DNA of 64,000 bases, taken from assembly GCA_964590255.1 (NCBI GenBank), contig CAZPYA010000006.1, forward strand, positions 7,362-71,361, read 5' to 3'. The notes beneath the pieces are model-generated. The model made no database searches and was not told the DNA's origin. It saw only the letters and a program-made list of their open reading frames with translations. Source of the stretch: an uncultured bacterium (lineage in GTDB: Bacteria; Armatimonadota; Hebobacteria; CAIYQO01). Position 1 is the stretch's first letter. The number at the start of each line of letters is the position of its first letter. This document shows positions 28,410 to 36,561 of the stretch, one piece after another. The position numbers and the translations under genes were made by a program.

Positions 28410-28871
28410 ATGATGATCAAGGAATTCAAGGAATTCGCCATGCGCGGCAACGTGCTCGATCTGGCCGTCGGGATCATTCTCGGCGCGGCATTCGGGAAAA
28501 TCGTCAGCTCCCTGGTCAGCGATATCCTGATGCCGCCCATCGGCATGATATTGGGTAAGCTGGATTTCTCATCGCTGTTTCTCAGTCTGGACGGCAAAGT
28601 CTACGCCAGCCTGCAGGCCGCGAAAGCCGCCGGGGCGGCCACGCTCAATTATGGCCTGTTCATCAACGCCGTGATCGACTTTATGATCGTCTCCTTCGCG
28701 ATCTTCCTGCTGATCAAGCAGGTCAACCGCATGAAGCGCCAGGAGCCGGCCGCGGCCCCCGCGACGAAAACCTGCCCCTTCTGCTGCTCGACCATTCCAG
28801 AACCCGCCACCCGCTGCGCGCACTGCACGGCGGAGATACCGGAAGAGATGGCGGCGGCGACAAGAGCATAA
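28410..28871 (+). CDS. mscL: Large-conductance mechanosensitive channel with an extra C-terminal 4-Cys zinc-ribbon-like tail
   Basis: [44 protein letters not shown].., then C-terminal [22 protein letters not shown]. Confidence 0.9.
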   Translation: MMIKEFKEFAMRGNVLDLAVGIILGAAFGKIVSSLVSDILMPPIGMILGKLDFSSLFLSLDGKVYASLQAAKAAGAATLNYGLFINAVIDFMIVSFAIFLLIKQVNRMKRQEPAAAPATKTCPFCCSTIPEPATRCAHCTAEIPEEMAAATRA

Positions 28872-28899
28872 CATCCGTCCGGCAGCCTGGCGTGATGGG

Positions 28900-30999
28900 C
28901 TATCCCTGGGCGGACATGCGGTAGACGCCGCCCGCCAGCACCGCCGACGCGGGCGAGAAGCCATCCGGTCCGATCTCTTCGAGCACCGCGTCCCGGGATA
29001 AGGGCACGGCGCCATCGGCGTAGGCCCAGAGGATCTGCGTCGCGCCATCCGTCCACAGCACGCCGGCGCCGTCGGGCAGCAGGCGGCGGGACGCCATCTG
29101 CGGCAGCGCCCGGGTGTAGATGCGATTGAGGCGCACCCACCAGTCGGGCATGTCATACATCGCGGTGTATTGCCCTTCCAGCATGGCGAAGCCGCGGTTG
29201 GCCATCAGGCGGAACTGAATGTCCTGCAACTCCGCCGTGCCGCGCTTGCGGTCGTGCAGGCCGAAGCAGAGGCCGTAGGCCATGTCCTCCTGCCCGCGCC
29301 ACCAGCCGAAATCGTTCTGCCCGACGACCCCGCCCACCGCCTCCAGCAGGTCGCCGCGCAGGTCGGCTACGCCGAAGCGGCTGGCGCCGAAGGGGGAGAT
29401 GCCCTCGAAGGTGAACGCGGGGATGCCGATGCGCTGCAGGTCGGCTAGCAGTCGCCCCGCCGCGTCGAAATTCGTGCGCATCGCATCGGCGAAATTCACC
29501 TGTGCCAGACCCATGTTCGCCCAGGAGTCGATAAAGAGGAAATCCAGCCCGCCTTCCTCACGCCAGCGGCGCAGGTCATTCAGCGTCCAGTCATACAGGC
29601 CGGAGTGCCAGTTCCCCACATTGATCGTCGACGGCCCGTACCCCCCGCCAACGCTAAGGGAGTTGACGCCGGTGACGCGCCACTCCGGATGCTCCTGGAA
29701 GATGGCGGCCCGCGGCGCGTAGTGAAAAGCGAACCACGCGCCGATTTCGATGCCATGCGTCCGCGCGGCGTCCGCCATATAGCGCCAGCCGGCCATGCCG
29801 CCCCAGAAGTCGCTGGGCAGGAAGCGGTGGGTAGCGCAGACGCTGGAGCAATGCAGGTCGCCGTGCACGCCGTCGTCCAGCTTGCGCTTCAGCCCCAGCA
29901 CGGTGACGTCACTCTCCGACATCACCTCAGGGAAGAAGCGGGTGATGCCCCGCTCCGCCAGCTTCGGCAGCACGTGGTCGGCAATGGCGTAGGGCACCTC
30001 GTGGCTGTCCACCTCCACCCCCGCCACCGTCATCTTCAACCCGCCCTCGGTCACCCGCGTGCTGTAGCGCAAGCCCACCTCCGGCCGGGGCGGCGTGGGG
30101 GCCACGCCGTAGGCGGCGCGGATGCCGCCATACACATGCTCGTGCGCTGCCCACCACAGGTCGCGCGCCTCGTGCTCGGCAAAGGCGCCCGGGGTAAACA
30201 GCACGACCTTTTTCGGGGTGGTCACCGTGCCGGCCAGCGGGAAGCGGTATTCATCCACCACGTGCAGGTGGTCGCTGCCGGCGGGAGATTCGCTGAGGCT
30301 GCTGATGCTGCTGAACTCCGGCCAATACTGCAGCAGCGCGCCGGCCGCCGCGTATTGAAAGTCGAACGGCTGTACCAGCCCGCCGCGCGGCGCCAGTTGA
30401 TACGACACCCCCTGCGGCGAGCCATACTGCTGCAGCGTCTTCAGGCAGGTGGTGGTGAAGACGGTCTCCGCCGCGCCGAAATACACGGGCATGTTGCACT
30501 GCCCCTGCGACAGCACGGTATTGCCGGTGAGGCGCCCGCCAATCTCCCAGGTGGCATGGGTGAGCAGGCGATGAATGCGGCAGGCCTCGCTCTGGTAGTG
30601 GAGGGCGTAGGAGAAGCCCGTCCATGTCTGTCCGCCCAGCGCCAGCGTCTCCGGCTGAATCAACAGCGTCAACTGGTCCAACACCGGGCGCTCGGGCAGC
30701 TCTAGCCAATACAGCGGTTGGTCGTATTCATCGCAGAATTCACCACGGCCCCACGGCACGCCCGTCGCCAGCAGCCGCACCGCCACCGCGCCGTCCGCCC
30801 GCTCCTCGATCGCCTGCACCAGCAGCCGGGTATAGAGGATGCCGTCCGGCGTGTCCACCCGCAGCGTGAAGGGCCGGCGGGCATCGCGCAGCGGCACGCC
30901 GCCCACCGACACCCCGCCGATGCCGAGCAGCTCGCGTTCGGCGGAAAGGAGCAGGTCAATGCGCACGTCGTGGGCAAGGGTGATAGTGGATGCGGTCAT
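28900..30999 (-). CDS. Cytoplasmic 699-aa protein, possible TIM-barrel carbohydrate-active enzyme; function unknown
   Basis: Full-length ORF with good codon bias and no signal peptide. ..GGLDFLFIDSWANMG.. resembles a barrel strand-loop. Confidence 0.75.
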   Translation of the reverse strand: MTASTITLAHDVRIDLLLSAERELLGIGGVSVGGVPLRDARRPFTLRVDTPDGILYTRLLVQAIEERADGAVAVRLLATGVPWGRGEFCDEYDQPLYWLELPERPVLDQLTLLIQPETLALGGQTWTGFSYALHYQSEACRIHRLLTHATWEIGGRLTGNTVLSQGQCNMPVYFGAAETVFTTTCLKTLQQYGSPQGVSYQLAPRGGLVQPFDFQYAAAGALLQYWPEFSSISSLSESPAGSDHLHVVDEYRFPLAGTVTTPKKVVLFTPGAFAEHEARDLWWAAHEHVYGGIRAAYGVAPTPPRPEVGLRYSTRVTEGGLKMTVAGVEVDSHEVPYAIADHVLPKLAERGITRFFPEVMSESDVTVLGLKRKLDDGVHGDLHCSSVCATHRFLPSDFWGGMAGWRYMADAARTHGIEIGAWFAFHYAPRAAIFQEHPEWRVTGVNSLSVGGGYGPSTINVGNWHSGLYDWTLNDLRRWREEGGLDFLFIDSWANMGLAQVNFADAMRTNFDAAGRLLADLQRIGIPAFTFEGISPFGASRFGVADLRGDLLEAVGGVVGQNDFGWWRGQEDMAYGLCFGLHDRKRGTAELQDIQFRLMANRGFAMLEGQYTAMYDMPDWWVRLNRIYTRALPQMASRRLLPDGAGVLWTDGATQILWAYADGAVPLSRDAVLEEIGPDGFSPASAVLAGGVYRMSAQG

Positions 31000-31060
31000 G
31001 GAAGCCTCCCGGGACTACGAATTGTCTCTCCCTTTTCCCCGCAGGCCCGAGGGTTCCTGC

Positions 31061-31207
31061 CCAATGCCATTAAAATAAGCTTGCTCTGCTGACGAGAAAA
31101 CACATCATGTCGTCATGTTTCCTTATCATCGCCCCTCCCCGTGTAGGGGAGGGGGTTGGGGGAGAGGTGAACACGCGGGATGAAAATCCGTATTTTAACG
31201 GCATTGG
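31061..31207 (-). mobile_element. MITE-like element, copy 2 (147 bp)
   Basis: Termini CCAATGCCATTAAAATA / TATTTTAACGGCATTGG. Exact 9-bp direct repeat GGTTCCTGC on both sides (31052-31060 and 31208-31216). Confidence 0.85.
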
Positions 31208-31224
31208 GGTTCCTGCCCACCGCG

Positions 31225-31257
31225 AAAAAACCGCCCCGATCCGGGAGATCGGGGCGG
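31225..31257 (-). terminator. Rho-independent terminator of the pilin-like gene 31286-32494
   Basis: Minus strand reads CCGCCCCGATC-tcccg-GATCGGGGCGG followed by TTTTTT. Confidence 0.8.
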
Positions 31258-31285
31258 TGCAGACGCTAGGCAGTGGGACGGGTGA

Positions 31286-32494
31286 TTAGAACACCGTCAC
31301 CTTGAGGTTTTTGAACGCGCTGGTGTGCGTGTATTCACTGTTGGAATACAACGCCAGCTTATCATTGGTCATCACGCCGGAAACATCATTCGTCGAGACC
31401 AGCGAGGCCAGGGTTTTACCGCCGTCTTCGATTTTCGCCACCACGAGTTTGCCCTGGGCGGCCACGATGATCGTCGTCTTGTAATACTTCGCCTTGGCCA
31501 GGAAGATGTCGTCGGTATTGCCGAAACCAAGGTCGGTGCAATAAATCTTCGACCCATTGGCGACGCTGGACGCCTCATTCGCCCACAGGCGGAAGCCGCG
31601 GGTTTCCAGGCTGTAGTGCGAGTTCATCAGCAGGCGCACCGAGTTCGACGGCATATAGGTGAGCACGTTCCAGCCGGTGCTGGTGTTCGCCGCGGTGCCC
31701 GGGTCGAAGATGGACAGCCCCCACCAGCGACGATAGGTTTCCCCACCGTGCGGCAGGTCCATGCGGCTCTCGCACTCAAACTTCACGTTGGGAATGTAGG
31801 TACCGTTCTTCAGCGCTTCCGCCGGCAACGTCACCCATTCCGAGTGGTCTTTGCCATTCATCACCACGCCGTCGATATTCAGGTCGGTGCGCTGGCTGCA
31901 GGGGCGGATGGTCGTGTCATTCAATTTGGTCTTGCCGCCCACGAAGACGTCATACCCCTTGCCCATGAGGCTGGACAGCGTATTCGCGCCACTCTTGATC
32001 GGCTCGATGCCCACGTGGCCGTCCACGCAGGTGAGCACGAGACTATTGTTGTGACGAGCGTCAAAGGCGGTGCCCGGATTCGCCAGCGTATAGGTTTTAT
32101 CTGGACTGCTCATGTTCAAGTCAGCGGTGAGCAACGCGTTCACCGGCGTGTCGATGTCGCCGACGGCCTGACCGAACAGATACGGGTTGAAGCCATACTC
32201 CGGCGCGGTGTTCTTGCCCTTCCCGGTCTTCGTCGGGCAGTCGTACAGGCTGGGCTCGTTGTAGTCCTTCAGCAGCGACGACCAGGCGCTATTGCCGGTG
32301 TTCGGCATGAAGGTTTCTTCGTTATCCTGAATATACATCATGATCGCCACGCCGATCTGACGCTGGTTATTCAGGCAGGTGTTCGTGCGTGCCTTCTCAC
32401 GGGCCTTCGCGAACACGGGAAACAGGATGGCGGCCAGGATGGCGATAATCGCGATCACCACCAGCAGTTCAATGAGGGTAAAACCTTTGCGCAT
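31286..32494 (-). CDS. Type IV pilin-like protein (DUF1559/H-X9-DG style) with a ~230-aa C-terminal extension
   Basis: [44 protein letters not shown]. ..[15 protein letters not shown]. Confidence 0.9.
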   Translation of the reverse strand: MRKGFTLIELLVVIAIIAILAAILFPVFAKAREKARTNTCLNNQRQIGVAIMMYIQDNEETFMPNTGNSAWSSLLKDYNEPSLYDCPTKTGKGKNTAPEYGFNPYLFGQAVGDIDTPVNALLTADLNMSSPDKTYTLANPGTAFDARHNNSLVLTCVDGHVGIEPIKSGANTLSSLMGKGYDVFVGGKTKLNDTTIRPCSQRTDLNIDGVVMNGKDHSEWVTLPAEALKNGTYIPNVKFECESRMDLPHGGETYRRWWGLSIFDPGTAANTSTGWNVLTYMPSNSVRLLMNSHYSLETRGFRLWANEASSVANGSKIYCTDLGFGNTDDIFLAKAKYYKTTIIVAAQGKLVVAKIEDGGKTLASLVSTNDVSGVMTNDKLALYSNSEYTHTSAFKNLKVTVF

Positions 32495-32562
32495 GGGTAA
32501 TCCTCCGCAAAATTGAGTGAGAAGCGTAGGGATGATGAGGACGACAGCTTCTCCTGTTATCT

Positions 32563-32590
32563 ATTCTACCACAGCTTTGGCCAGCGTCAA
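32563..32590 (-). promoter_or_regulatory. Promoter of the pilin-like gene
   Basis: Minus strand reads TTGACG-16 nt-TAGAAT with a TGg extended -10. Confidence 0.5.
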
Positions 32591-32650
32591 TGTCGCGGCG
32601 CAAAGTCACCGGAGCCGGGAGACTGGTGACATCCGGCGCGCTCCCGCCTA

Positions 32651-32679
32651 TTGACACCCGCTCACCGCCCGTATATGAT
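32651..32679 (+). promoter_or_regulatory. Near-consensus sigma70 promoter of the ABC transporter operon
   Basis: TTGACA-17 nt-TATGAT, about 67 nt upstream of the ATG at 32746. Confidence 0.6.
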
Positions 32680-32745
32680 GCGAGTAAGTTACTGTAGTAA
32701 GATGTATTCACTAACTAATCGCGTCCGTGGCGAGGGGAGGGACCG

Positions 32746-33981
32746 ATGCGTGATACCGTCGCCTGTGCCTGGCGAGAGTTGACGCGCCGCAAGGGCCGCA
32801 CCGCCCTGAACGTGCTGGGCTATGCGCTGGCGGTGGGCACGCTGGTGATGCTGCTCACCGTGCTGATCTTCGCGCGTGACGCCGCCAAAACGGTGCTCGA
32901 AAGCACCGGCACCTATTTTGTCGCCTATTCCCCCTCCTCGTGCGACGTGCCGTGCTACCTGCATGACGTAAAAGGCGGCTCGATTGCCGAGGCGTATATC
33001 GGGCCGGGGGGCGTATATACCTACCCGGTAGGCCTGGTCATGCTCAAGGCGCGCCCGTCGCTGCGGTATATTCGCCAGGTGGCCCCCTACATTCTCTTCC
33101 GATTCCTCGATACGTCCGAACATACGACCATCACTGTCGGCGGCTTCCGCCCGGAGGACGCCGCCGTGGTGGACGCCACCGTCTGCGGCCCCGGCGATCT
33201 GGTACCCGTGAAGAACAACCGCTTCCTTAAAACCGGCGACACCCGGAAGATCCTCGTCGAGCAAGCCTACGCCGGCCCGCGCCATCTCACCATCGGCAAC
33301 AGCCTGCGCGTGGCCGGTCAATCGTATACCATCGTCGGCATCGTGAACTCCGCGGCCAATACCCGCGCCGCGCGCGCGGACCTGTATATGCTCATGAGCG
33401 AGCTGCAGGCGCTTATCGGACGCCGCATTCCCATGTATGTCGACCATTTCAACGTGCTGCTGGTGCAGGCGAATTCCGTGCGCGAGCTGGCCCAGGCGAA
33501 AGAGGAAGCCGGCCGCCTGGGCGGCAGTCTCGCCTCCGGCTCCTCCTGCTACAAGCCCGCCGTGATGGTGCTGGGCATGAACGAGCACTCCGTCTGGTTG
33601 ATGATCCTGCTCGTCTGCCTCTTCACCCTCGGTTCGGTGATGAAGTCGCAGATCGCGGCCGTGGTGGAGCGCCGACGCGAGATCGGCATCTTAAAAGCCA
33701 TCGGCTGGACCAACGGCAGCATCACCGGACAGGTGGTGGTGGAATCGCTGCTGCAGGCGGCGCTGGGCGGCGCCATCGGGTGCGTGGCCGCCATGCTGGT
33801 GCTCATGCTGGTGCCCATCGCGCGACTGGCGCACCTGTCGACGGCCACCCCCATCGTCATCTCCCCGCTCGTGCTGGGCCTGGGGTTCGCGCTCGCGTTG
33901 GTCGGCGGCATTGTCGCCGGCCTCATTCCCGCGGTGATCGCCACCCGCCAGCGACCGGCCATCGCCATGCAGCAATTGTAA
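32746..33981 (+). CDS. ABC transporter permease, FtsX/MacB type
   Basis: ..RRKGRTALNVLGYALAVGTLVMLL.., a large extracytoplasmic domain, and a C-terminal FtsX-type 3-TM bundle with ..REIGILKAIGW.. Confidence 0.85.
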   Translation: MRDTVACAWRELTRRKGRTALNVLGYALAVGTLVMLLTVLIFARDAAKTVLESTGTYFVAYSPSSCDVPCYLHDVKGGSIAEAYIGPGGVYTYPVGLVMLKARPSLRYIRQVAPYILFRFLDTSEHTTITVGGFRPEDAAVVDATVCGPGDLVPVKNNRFLKTGDTRKILVEQAYAGPRHLTIGNSLRVAGQSYTIVGIVNSAANTRAARADLYMLMSELQALIGRRIPMYVDHFNVLLVQANSVRELAQAKEEAGRLGGSLASGSSCYKPAVMVLGMNEHSVWLMILLVCLFTLGSVMKSQIAAVVERRREIGILKAIGWTNGSITGQVVVESLLQAALGGAIGCVAAMLVLMLVPIARLAHLSTATPIVISPLVLGLGFALALVGGIVAGLIPAVIATRQRPAIAMQQL

Positions 33982-33992
33982 AAGGAACCGCC

Positions 33993-34715
33993 ATGACCGA
34001 GAACGATCAGCCACAGGATCCAACCGCCGTGCTGGAGTGCCGCCAGGTGAGCAAAGTCTTCACCGCGGCGGGACGCGAACCGTTGACCGTGCTCGCGGAC
34101 GTCACCTTCACCGTCCCGCGCGGCGCGGTGGCGCTCATCACCGGCCGCAGCGGCGCCGGCAAGTCCACGCTGATGAGCCTGCTCGCCGGACTCGATCAGC
34201 CCACGGCGGGCGCCATCTACCTGGATGGCCTGCGCATGGATATCCTCGCGGATGCCACGCTGGCCGCCTTCCGCCGCACGCGCATTGGCCTCATTTTCCA
34301 GAACTTCAACCTGCTGCCGTCGTGGACGGCGTATGAAAATATCGAGGCGGCGCTGGTGCATACGCGGATGCGACCGTCGGAGCGCGCCGACCGGGTGCTG
34401 GCCTTGATGGACGCGCTGGGGATTACCCGTTATGCCGCGCACCTGCCGTCCGAGCTCAGCATGGGCCAGCAGCAGCGCGTCGCGGTGGCGCGCACCCTCA
34501 TCAACGAACCGTCGCTCATCCTCGCCGACGAGCCCACTGGCGACGTGGACCCGGATACCGCCGACGAAATCCTCGAGCTGGTGCTCGCCCCGGTGCGCGC
34601 CGGGCACAGCACCATGATCGTCACCACCCACGGTAACTTCCCCGCCGGCGTCGCCGACCGCGTCTACCGCCTGAAAGACGGCGTCCTCGGCCTGCTGGAC
34701 CCCACCACCGCCTAA
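33993..34715 (+). CDS. ABC transporter ATP-binding protein (MacB/LolD-like)
   Basis: Walker A GRSGAGKST, Q-loop, signature LSMGQQQRVAVAR, Walker B LILADEPTG. Confidence 0.9.
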   Translation: MTENDQPQDPTAVLECRQVSKVFTAAGREPLTVLADVTFTVPRGAVALITGRSGAGKSTLMSLLAGLDQPTAGAIYLDGLRMDILADATLAAFRRTRIGLIFQNFNLLPSWTAYENIEAALVHTRMRPSERADRVLALMDALGITRYAAHLPSELSMGQQQRVAVARTLINEPSLILADEPTGDVDPDTADEILELVLAPVRAGHSTMIVTTHGNFPAGVADRVYRLKDGVLGLLDPTTA

Positions 34716-34878
34716 GAAACTGTCTTCAAAGTGATCGTAGTCGGATCATGGAGGCTGGTTCGTGGCTGGCCAGGCGGATTCGCGAGAGTGTATCGAGTGA
34801 TACATGCCAGCGAATCCAACGCCGCCAGGCGCGAACCAGACCCGTGAGACGACTGCGAGCACTTTGAAGACAGTTTCT
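34715..34878. repeat. 164-nt long-hairpin palindromic element
   Basis: Perfect 19-bp termini AGAAACTGTCTTCAAAGTG / CACTTTGAAGACAGTTTCT. The interior is largely self-complementary. It starts at the last base of the ABC ATPase stop codon. Confidence 0.8.
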
Positions 34879-35084
34879 AAAGTGGAATCGTGTCCTTAGC
34901 CCCGGTTTTTCGCACCATGCGGGACACCGGGGCCAGGGATGGGGGCCGAGTAGGCACGCGGGAACGCGCAACGACAGGTGACGCCTGTTGTGCGCCGTCG
35001 AGTCGCACGAGCACGAAATAACCGCTGCCCGCCAACCACCAAATGCCAACCGCCCTGCCCCTGGTGCACAAATCTGGTCACATA

Positions 35085-35093
35085 TGCTATAAT
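35085..35093 (+). promoter_or_regulatory. Extended -10 promoter (TGcTATAAT)
   Basis: About 35 nt upstream of the ATG at 35128. No good -35 box. Confidence 0.45.
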
Positions 35094-35127
35094 TACCGTT
35101 GAATTTGTCTGACTCGGAGCATTTACG

Positions 35128-36273
35128 ATGGCATTGACTACGGCACCGATTCGTTTCCCGATCTTCTCCCCCACGTTACCTGATCCCGCCGAGCTGCGGG
35201 ACGAGATGGCCGCCATCTTCGCGTCCGGCCGCGTCACCGTGGGCAATCAGGTGGCGAAGCTGGAGGAAGAGGTGAGCGCGCGCCTGGGCGTACGCAACGT
35301 CATCGGCGTCTCCTGCGGCACCAATGCGCTGCTGCTGCTGCTGCGCGCGCTGGAGCTGCCGGCGGGCGGCGAAGTGATCACCCCCACCTTCACCTTCGCG
35401 GCCACCGCGCAGGCGCTGCTGTGGCACGGGCTGCAGCCGGTCTTTTGCGATAGCGATCCGGAGACGTTCACCATGGACGCCGCCGCCGCGGAAGCGCTCA
35501 TCACCGAAAAGACGGTGGCGATATACCCGGTGAATATCTTCGGCGTGCCCGGCGACCTGGACGCCTACCAGGCGCTGGCCGACCGCCACGGCCTGCATCT
35601 TCTTTACGACAGCGCCCAGGGCATCGGCAGCACGTATCACGGCCGCGCGGTGGGCACCTTTGGCGAGGGCGAGTGCTTCAGCATGAGCCCGACGAAAGTC
35701 GTCACCGCGATGGAAGGTGGCCTCATCACCACCAATAACGATGAGATGGCCTACCGGCTGCGTTTCATGCGCGACTACGGCAAGGCGCCGGACGGCGAGG
35801 ATATGCGCTGGCTGGGCCTCTCCGCGCGCATGTCCGAGGTGAATGCCCTCGTCGGCCGCTGGTCCTTCGCCCGGCTGGACGACTGGGTGCGCATTCGCAC
35901 CGCCATCATGGACCGCTATATGGCGAACCTGGCGGGCATCCCCGGCATCAGCTACCAGCGTATCCCCGAAGGCCGCGCCTCGTCGCGCAACTACATCGTC
36001 ATCCTCCTCGACCCCGAGCGCGCGCCCGTCACCCGCGACGAGATGTATGCCCGGCTGAAAGAAGAAGGCGTGCAGACGAAGCGCTACTTCTACCCGGCGC
36101 TGCACAACCAGACCGTCTTCCGCGACGTCGACCCCGGCGGCGGCGCCCGCCTCCCCGTCGCCGAGCGCATCAGCGCCAGCGCCCTCGCCCTGCCCATGTC
36201 GTCGCACATGACGCTGGAGACGGTGGACGACATCTGCGAGATCGTGGAGAACTGCTGCATGGCGCTGGTGTAG
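35128..36273 (+). CDS. DegT/DnrJ/EryC1/StrS family PLP-dependent sugar aminotransferase
   Basis: ..GNQVAKLEEEVSARLGV..GVSCGTNALLLLL..FSMSPTKVVTAMEGGLITT.. with the catalytic Lys in SPTK. Confidence 0.9.
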   Translation: MALTTAPIRFPIFSPTLPDPAELRDEMAAIFASGRVTVGNQVAKLEEEVSARLGVRNVIGVSCGTNALLLLLRALELPAGGEVITPTFTFAATAQALLWHGLQPVFCDSDPETFTMDAAAAEALITEKTVAIYPVNIFGVPGDLDAYQALADRHGLHLLYDSAQGIGSTYHGRAVGTFGEGECFSMSPTKVVTAMEGGLITTNNDEMAYRLRFMRDYGKAPDGEDMRWLGLSARMSEVNALVGRWSFARLDDWVRIRTAIMDRYMANLAGIPGISYQRIPEGRASSRNYIVILLDPERAPVTRDEMYARLKEEGVQTKRYFYPALHNQTVFRDVDPGGGARLPVAERISASALALPMSSHMTLETVDDICEIVENCCMALV

Positions 36274-36348
36274 CGCCCGCGCAAGACCCGAATCAGCGTC
36301 CCCGGCTGATGCGTTGTGACAAATGAATTCCGCTGTGACCAGCATCCG

Positions 36349-36431
36349 GTCGTATTGACAGAACCGGTCAGTCGGCGCAGGCCGACTTGGTTTCTCCAGC
36401 CCCGGATTTCAATCCGGGAAACCTGGGATAC
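36349..36431 (+). ncRNA. Candidate structured RNA/DNA motif, copy A (homologous to 60114-60199)
   Basis: Hairpin AGTCGGC-gcag-GCCGACT, then GGTTTCTCCAGC-CCCGGA-tttcaa-TCCGGG-AAACC. About 75% identical to copy B, with 2 compensatory pairs in hairpin 1. Confidence 0.35.
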
Positions 36432-36522
36432 CAGTGTAAACCAGAGCAAAGCGGTAACAATATGTCATAAAGTTACGGCCAGGGGCGCTTTTATTACTGA
36501 CCCGTGCCACCAGCGCCTGCTG

Positions 36523-36531
36523 TGGTATAAT
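36523..36531 (+). promoter_or_regulatory. Extended -10 promoter (TGgTATAAT)
   Basis: 31 nt upstream of the ATG at 36562. A GGAGG SD lies between. Confidence 0.5.
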
Positions 36532-36561
36532 AACTTAATTCTCATTATGGAGGGCAGCCCC

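Noticed and set aside
36401-36418. CCCGGATTTCAATCCGGG resembles a tRNA T-arm (GGTTCRAATCC).
   Set aside because: The loop length is wrong (6 or 8 nt, not 7). There is no acceptor, D or anticodon arm in register, and no CCA or discriminator context. It is not a tRNA or tmRNA.
36389-36423. GGTTTCTCCAGCCCCGGATTTCAATCCGGGAAACC looks like a CRISPR repeat (GTTTC...GAAAC ends, internal hairpin, ~33 nt).
   Set aside because: Only one copy occurs at each of two loci 24 kb apart. There is no spacer-repeat periodicity and no cas genes in the window. I treated it as part of a larger two-copy structured motif instead.
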